DNA from: Gemmatimonadales bacterium
GTDB taxonomy: Bacteria > Gemmatimonadota > Gemmatimonadetes > Gemmatimonadales > GWC2-71-9
DNA: 64,000 nucleotides
Direction: 5' to 3'
Assembly: GCA_035517615.1 (NCBI GenBank)
Contig: DATIYM010000020.1
Coordinates: forward strand, 68,699 to 132,698
Of this stretch, positions 56,882-64,000 are shown piece after piece (positions within the stretch are counted from its first letter, which is position 1; the number at the start of each line of letters is the position of its first letter). The notes beneath the pieces are model-generated. The model was given only the letters and a program-made list of their open reading frames with translations. It did not search any database and was not told the DNA's origin. The translations under genes and the position numbers were made by a program.

Positions 56882-57789
56882 AGTGCTTCACCGCCGTGGT
56901 GGTGCTCGTTGGCCTCGCCTGTGCCAAGAGCGCCGCCGACCACGAAGAGCTGGGTGATCGCGCGTATGCCGCTGGATCGTACCGCGACGCTCTCGCCGAA
57001 TACCAGCTGGGATTGCGAGCGCAACCCACCGCTGATCTGCACGCCAAAGCAGCGGCGGCCGCGTTGCATGCGGAGGACTGGGGGCTCGCCTCGGCTGAAT
57101 ACCGGGCCCTGGCCGAGCAGGACCACTCGAGGTTGGGTGAAGCGGCCGCGGGGATCGACCGGGTGGCACGGGCGGCCCTTGCAGCCAAGGACCGGGCCGA
57201 TCTGGGGACCGCCTTGCGCGACATGCTCGCCATCTCCCCATCGCGTCCGCTGGGGCGCTATGCCCGTGTGGCAGCGCTCGATGCCGCGGATCGAGGAGAT
57301 ACCGCCGCGGCGCTCAAACTGCTCCCCAAGGCGGTTGCCAGCGCTTCGGACGGGCGCAACGCAGACTCGCTGCTATACATCTATGGTATGGCAGCCGCCC
57401 GGGGTCGGGACTGCGGCACGGCCGTGCCTGCCTTCGAGGGGGTACTGCGCCGCCAGCACGAGCCGGCGGTGTCCGACGGCGCGCGCGAAGGGCTGGCCCT
57501 CTGCGCGTTGCAGGAGGGCCAAAGTCGCTTGTCTCAAGGGCAGCCTGCGGAAGCCGCAGCCTGGTTCAAGCGCGCCACCGCGCCCGGCGCTCGGTCCGAC
57601 GTGGCGCGGGCGGCGTACCTCGGTTTGGGCGACGTTCAGCTGGCACAGGGAGACATTCCCGCAGCACTCGAGAGCTATCAGCAGGCGCTGGTAGGCGGCA
57701 ATCCGGGAGACAGCATCACGGTGCGAGCACAGGAGAAAATCAACGCCTTGGGACGAGCTGAGCCTCCGAGCCCGACCAAGCAACTATGA
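56878..57789 (+). CDS. TPR-like lipoprotein, hypothetical
   Basis: Lipobox VVLVGLAC. Ala-rich helical repeats. GTGA overlap upstream and ATGA overlap downstream. Confidence 0.55.
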   Translation: MKCFTAVVVLVGLACAKSAADHEELGDRAYAAGSYRDALAEYQLGLRAQPTADLHAKAAAAALHAEDWGLASAEYRALAEQDHSRLGEAAAGIDRVARAALAAKDRADLGTALRDMLAISPSRPLGRYARVAALDAADRGDTAAALKLLPKAVASASDGRNADSLLYIYGMAAARGRDCGTAVPAFEGVLRRQHEPAVSDGAREGLALCALQEGQSRLSQGQPAEAAAWFKRATAPGARSDVARAAYLGLGDVQLAQGDIPAALESYQQALVGGNPGDSITVRAQEKINALGRAEPPSPTKQL

Positions 57790-58601
57790 GATTCCGGCGC
57801 GTAGGTCCCACGTTGGCGGTGACGGCACTTGCCGCATGCTTCGCGCATCGGGCTCCGCAGCAGAGCCGGGTCATGCACGGGGACGCAATGCTCGATCTGA
57901 CCGAAGCCCGCGCGGATTTCAGGCGCGGCGACTTCAGCAAGGCGCAGCTCGAGCTGCGTCGAGTGCAGTTCGAGCTGGCCGCGTCTCAGCCCGAGGTCGC
58001 GGAAGTCCGCTACCTCATCGCCGAATGCGATTTTCAGTTGGGCGACCATTCGGCCGCGGCGCTCGAGTTTCGGAAGGTGGCCGACGAGTACCCGAGCAGC
58101 CCATTTGCGGCGCTCTCGCTGTTACGGTCCGGCGATGCCAATCTGCGTCTCTGGCGCCGCCCGGAGCTCGACCCGACACCCGGTCAGACGGCGCTCGCCA
58201 CCTATCAGGAGCTGCAGGGCCGGTTTCCGGGCACCCCTGCCGCCACCCGGGCTCAGCTCCACGTCCGGCAGTTGAACGAGTGGTTCGCGGAGAAGGACTA
58301 CAAGACCGGGATGTTCTACTTCCGCCGGCATGCCTACGACGCGGCGATCATCTATTTCAAGGACATCATCGCCACGTTCCCGAGCGCGAAGCAGGTTCCC
58401 GATGCGCTGCTGCGACTCGTGGACAGCTATCATGCAATCGGGTATGCTGCCGAAATGCGCGAAGCGTGCGATAACATGCGTCGCTACTACCCCAAGACCT
58501 CGGGGCTCGACCACCACTGCCCCCCCTCCCTCACCGCTCCCTCGTCCGCACCGCCCGCCGCCGCTGAAGTCGGCCTCGATTCGACTGCACACACGCAATA
58601 G
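57786..58601 (+). CDS. bamD: Outer-membrane protein assembly factor BamD (YfiO-like TPR lipoprotein)
   Basis: Signal ending ALAAC. YLIAECDFQLGDH and YKTGMFYFRRHAYDAAIIYFKDIIATFPSAKQVPDALLRLVDSY are typical of BamD. Confidence 0.8.
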   Translation: MRFRRVGPTLAVTALAACFAHRAPQQSRVMHGDAMLDLTEARADFRRGDFSKAQLELRRVQFELAASQPEVAEVRYLIAECDFQLGDHSAAALEFRKVADEYPSSPFAALSLLRSGDANLRLWRRPELDPTPGQTALATYQELQGRFPGTPAATRAQLHVRQLNEWFAEKDYKTGMFYFRRHAYDAAIIYFKDIIATFPSAKQVPDALLRLVDSYHAIGYAAEMREACDNMRRYYPKTSGLDHHCPPSLTAPSSAPPAAAEVGLDSTAHTQ

Positions 58602-58602
58602 C

Positions 58603-59160
58603 GTGGAGGCGTTGTTCGGGGGTTCGTTCGACCCGGTGCATGTGGGCCATCTGATCGTTGCCGAAGCGGCCGCCGAGGTGCTGGGCGTACCGGTCCGCTT
58701 CGTTCCCGCGCGCGAGCAGCCGCTCAAGCGGAATGCAGCGGCTTCGGCCGGGCAGCGCGCCGCCATGCTCGACCTGGCCATTGCCGGCAATGCGCGGTTC
58801 TCGGTCGACCGAATCGAACTCGAGCTGCCGCCGCCCTCCTATACCGTCCGGACGCTGCGGGCGCTGTCACAACGAGAACCGGGAAACCGGTTTGCGTTAC
58901 TCTTAGGGGCGGACGCCGCTCGGGAGCTTCCCCAGTGGTGGGAGGCCGACGCGCTGAGCGGGCTTGCGGAGGTGATCGGGCTGACCCGTCCCGGCGCTCC
59001 AGTTCCCGTCGGGGGACCAATCAGTCGGACCGTGCCGGTCCCGGCCATCGATATTTCTGCCAGTACGATTCGGGAGCGGGTCGCCCGGGGCGGCTCGATT
59101 CGCTATCTCGTACCCGACGCGGTCCGCGAGTATATCGCGGCGCAAGGGTTGTATCGTTAG
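58603..59160 (+). CDS. nadD: Nicotinate-nucleotide adenylyltransferase
   Basis: Start moved to GTG 58603 (VEALFGGSFDPVHVGHL). The ISASTIRE motif is present. Confidence 0.88.
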   Translation: MEALFGGSFDPVHVGHLIVAEAAAEVLGVPVRFVPAREQPLKRNAAASAGQRAAMLDLAIAGNARFSVDRIELELPPPSYTVRTLRALSQREPGNRFALLLGADAARELPQWWEADALSGLAEVIGLTRPGAPVPVGGPISRTVPVPAIDISASTIRERVARGGSIRYLVPDAVREYIAAQGLYR

Positions 59161-59167
59161 GAGACAG

Positions 59168-62476
<3,309 letters not shown>

Positions 62477-62491
62477 ACCCCGTACAATGAA

Positions 62492-62565
62492 GAACGCGGA
62501 AGGCGGAACGCGGAACGTAAGCCCGCCCTCCATTCCGCGTTCCGAGTTCCGAGTCCGCGTTGTTC
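62492..62565. repeat. Long imperfect inverted repeat built from tandem heptamers, downstream of secA
   Basis: Left arm GAACGCG-GAAGGCG-GAACGCG-GAACG (62492-62517). Right arm TTCCGCG-TTCCGAG-TTCCGAG-TCCGCGT (62533-). The core is a perfect 12-bp pairing of cggaacgcggaa (62504-15) with ttccgcgttccg (62533-44). Confidence 0.7.
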
Positions 62566-62604
62566 CGGTACGGCTACGTCCTTGTTTCGCCCTACTTTCG
62601 TCTC

Positions 62605-63288
62605 GTGCCGCTACATCTGTCGGAGCACCCGACCCCCGATCGCCCTCGCGAGCGCCTCTGGACGGCCGGCCCGGCTGCGTTGACTGGGCAAGAGCTTCTG
62701 GCCATAGTCCTAGGTACGGGATGCAAGGGACACGACGCGCTCGCGGTGGCTGGGGCGCTCCTGAGCAGGGTGGAGGGCTCGCTGCGTCGCCTGGCAACCC
62801 GTCCGGCGGCGGAGTTGGCGGGGATCGCCGGGGTGGGGCGGAGCAAGGCGGCGCGGATTGCCGCGGCGCTCGAGCTGGGGCGCCGCGTCGGTGCCGAGGT
62901 CGCGCCACCTCCCGAGCGCATCCGGACGCCGGCGGACGTCCACCGCTACTATGCGGCCCGGTTCCGCGATCTCGCAGTCGAGGAGTTTCATGTGCTGGCA
63001 CTCGGGAGCCAGAGTCACGTGAAGGGTGATCTCCTGATCACCCGAGGGATTCTGAACAGCTCGCTGGTGCACCCTCGCGAGGTGTTCCGGGCCGCCATCG
63101 CCGAAGCCGCGGCGGGGATCATCGTCGTGCACAACCATCCGAGCGGCGACCCGACGCCCTCGGCCGATGACCGTGCCGTCACCCGGCAGCTGGTCGACGC
63201 GGGCCGGCTGCTCGACGTACCGGTGCACGATCATGTCATTGTTGGAGGCGAGCGCTACATGAGCTTCGCGGAGGCGGGGCTGTTGTGA
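62605..63288 (+). CDS. radC: RadC-family JAB-domain protein (UPF0758)
   Basis: Start moved to GTG 62605 (VPLHLSEHPTPDRPRERL...ELLAIVLGTG). JAB motif HNHPSGDPTPSADD. Confidence 0.85.
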   Translation: MPLHLSEHPTPDRPRERLWTAGPAALTGQELLAIVLGTGCKGHDALAVAGALLSRVEGSLRRLATRPAAELAGIAGVGRSKAARIAAALELGRRVGAEVAPPPERIRTPADVHRYYAARFRDLAVEEFHVLALGSQSHVKGDLLITRGILNSSLVHPREVFRAAIAEAAAGIIVVHNHPSGDPTPSADDRAVTRQLVDAGRLLDVPVHDHVIVGGERYMSFAEAGLL

Positions 63289-64000
63289 CCAGCGTGGTCG
63301 CGGTACTCGCGCCCGAGCTGGCGCGCGCCGTGTCGGCGCAGCGCGAGCGGCTCGACTTGGACCTCGTGACGCGCGCGTACCGCGTGAGCGCCGAGGCGCA
63401 CCACGGGCAGAAACGCCGTTCGGGAGAGGACTTCGTCTCCCACAGCGTGGCGGTCGCCACGATTCTCGCCGAGCAGCAGATGGATTCGACCACCATCGCG
63501 GCGGCCCTGCTGCACGATGTGGTCGAGGACTCGGATGTCCCGCTCGAGCAGATCCGGCAGGACTTCGGCGCCGAAGTCGCGACGCTCGTCGATGGCCTGA
63601 CCAAGCTGTCTTCGCTCACGTTCCGCTCGAGCGCGGAAGAGCAGGCGGAGAACTACCGCAAGCTGCTCCTCTCGGTCGCCAAGGACGCGCGTGTCATCAT
63701 CATCAAGCTCGCCGACCGGCTGCACAACATGCGGACCCTCGAGCATCTCGAGCCGGAGAAGCAGCGCCGCATCGCGCTCGAGACCCGGGAGATCTACGCC
63801 CCGCTGGCCCACCGCTTCGGCATGGCGGGCGTCAAAGCGGAGCTCGAGGACCTGGCCTTCAAGTTCCTCGAGACGGACGACTACCGGCAGCTGTCGCGTC
63901 AGGTACGAGCCAAGAAGGCCGAACGGCAGCGCACGATCGACCGCCTCCAGGTCCCCCTGGTCGAGGAGCTCACCCGGGCGGGGCTCGAAGGGTTCGAGGT
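63285..64000 (+). CDS. Bifunctional (p)ppGpp synthetase/hydrolase RelA/SpoT homologue (3' end outside the window)
   Basis: Not in the ORF track because the frame is open to the window end. The GTGA start overlaps the radC stop. HD hydrolase domain: AHHGQKRRSGEDFVSHSVAVATILA, LLHDVVEDS and IKLADRLHNMRTL. Confidence 0.9.
   Translation, partial: MTSVVAVLAPELARAVSAQRERLDLDLVTRAYRVSAEAHHGQKRRSGEDFVSHSVAVATILAEQQMDSTTIAAALLHDVVEDSDVPLEQIRQDFGAEVATLVDGLTKLSSLTFRSSAEEQAENYRKLLLSVAKDARVIIIKLADRLHNMRTLEHLEPEKQRRIALETREIYAPLAHRFGMAGVKAELEDLAFKFLETDDYRQLSRQVRAKKAERQRTIDRLQVPLVEELTRAGLEGFE

Overview
This is a high-GC bacterial chromosomal segment, densely packed with mostly co-directional operons. Many start and stop codons overlap by 1-4 nt (ATGA, GTGA, TAGTG). 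I support about 65 protein genes, one tRNA-Leu, several intrinsic terminators and a few promoter-like sites. I saw no CRISPR array, transposase, integrase, phage gene or recognisable defence system, so this reads as core chromosome rather than an accessory island.

Gene content by position:
- 1-3.7 kb: H+-pyrophosphatase (5' partial) and an APC permease.
- 3.7-12.5 kb: a cell-wall amino-sugar salvage locus (two SSS transporters, a BadF-type sugar kinase, NagZ, an AmiE-like serine hydrolase, NamZ).
- 12.6-18.1 kb: a CDP-alcohol phosphatidyltransferase plus inositol-1-phosphate synthase pair, translationally coupled to copper export genes.
- 18.2-21.6 kb: a 2-oxoacid dehydrogenase E1a/E1b/E2 operon.
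- 22-28 kb: a thiol/redox cluster.
- 28.3-29 kb: a type IV pilin with a structured leader.
- 29-30.6 kb: aspartase.
- 30.6-34.8 kb: an Rrf2, rhodanese, CysM, JAMM and CysO::MoeZ operon.
- 34.9-40.1 kb: tRNA-Leu, smpB, an amidase, pyrD and pyrF.
- 40.2-43.4 kb: the ribosomal alpha operon (rpmJ to rplQ) and rpmB.
- 43.5-56 kb: a 12.5 kb nucleotide-sugar gene string with carB and murB embedded in it.
- 56-64 kb: two TPR proteins, bamD, nadD, secA, radC and the start of relA/spoT.

Most noteworthy observations, all from reading the sequence:
1. Two redox genes carry an in-frame TGA exactly at a catalytic Cys position: a Bcp-type peroxiredoxin (TPG-U) and an AhpD/CMD-family protein (C-R-Y-U). Each has good coding sequence and a hairpin just downstream, so both are predicted selenoproteins. 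They flank trxB.
2. A c-di-GMP-I (GEMM-I) riboswitch-like element sits in the leader of the pilin gene.
3. A ubiquitin-like sulfur carrier (CysO/MoaD-like, ending in GG) is fused in frame to its own E1-like adenylyltransferase/rhodanese (MoeZ). It lies next to a JAMM peptidase and CysM.
4. nagZ and namZ overlap head to head, with each ribosome-binding site inside the other gene's signal-peptide codons.

No database search or RNA-folding program was run. All homology calls rest on recognised motifs and remembered family sequences.
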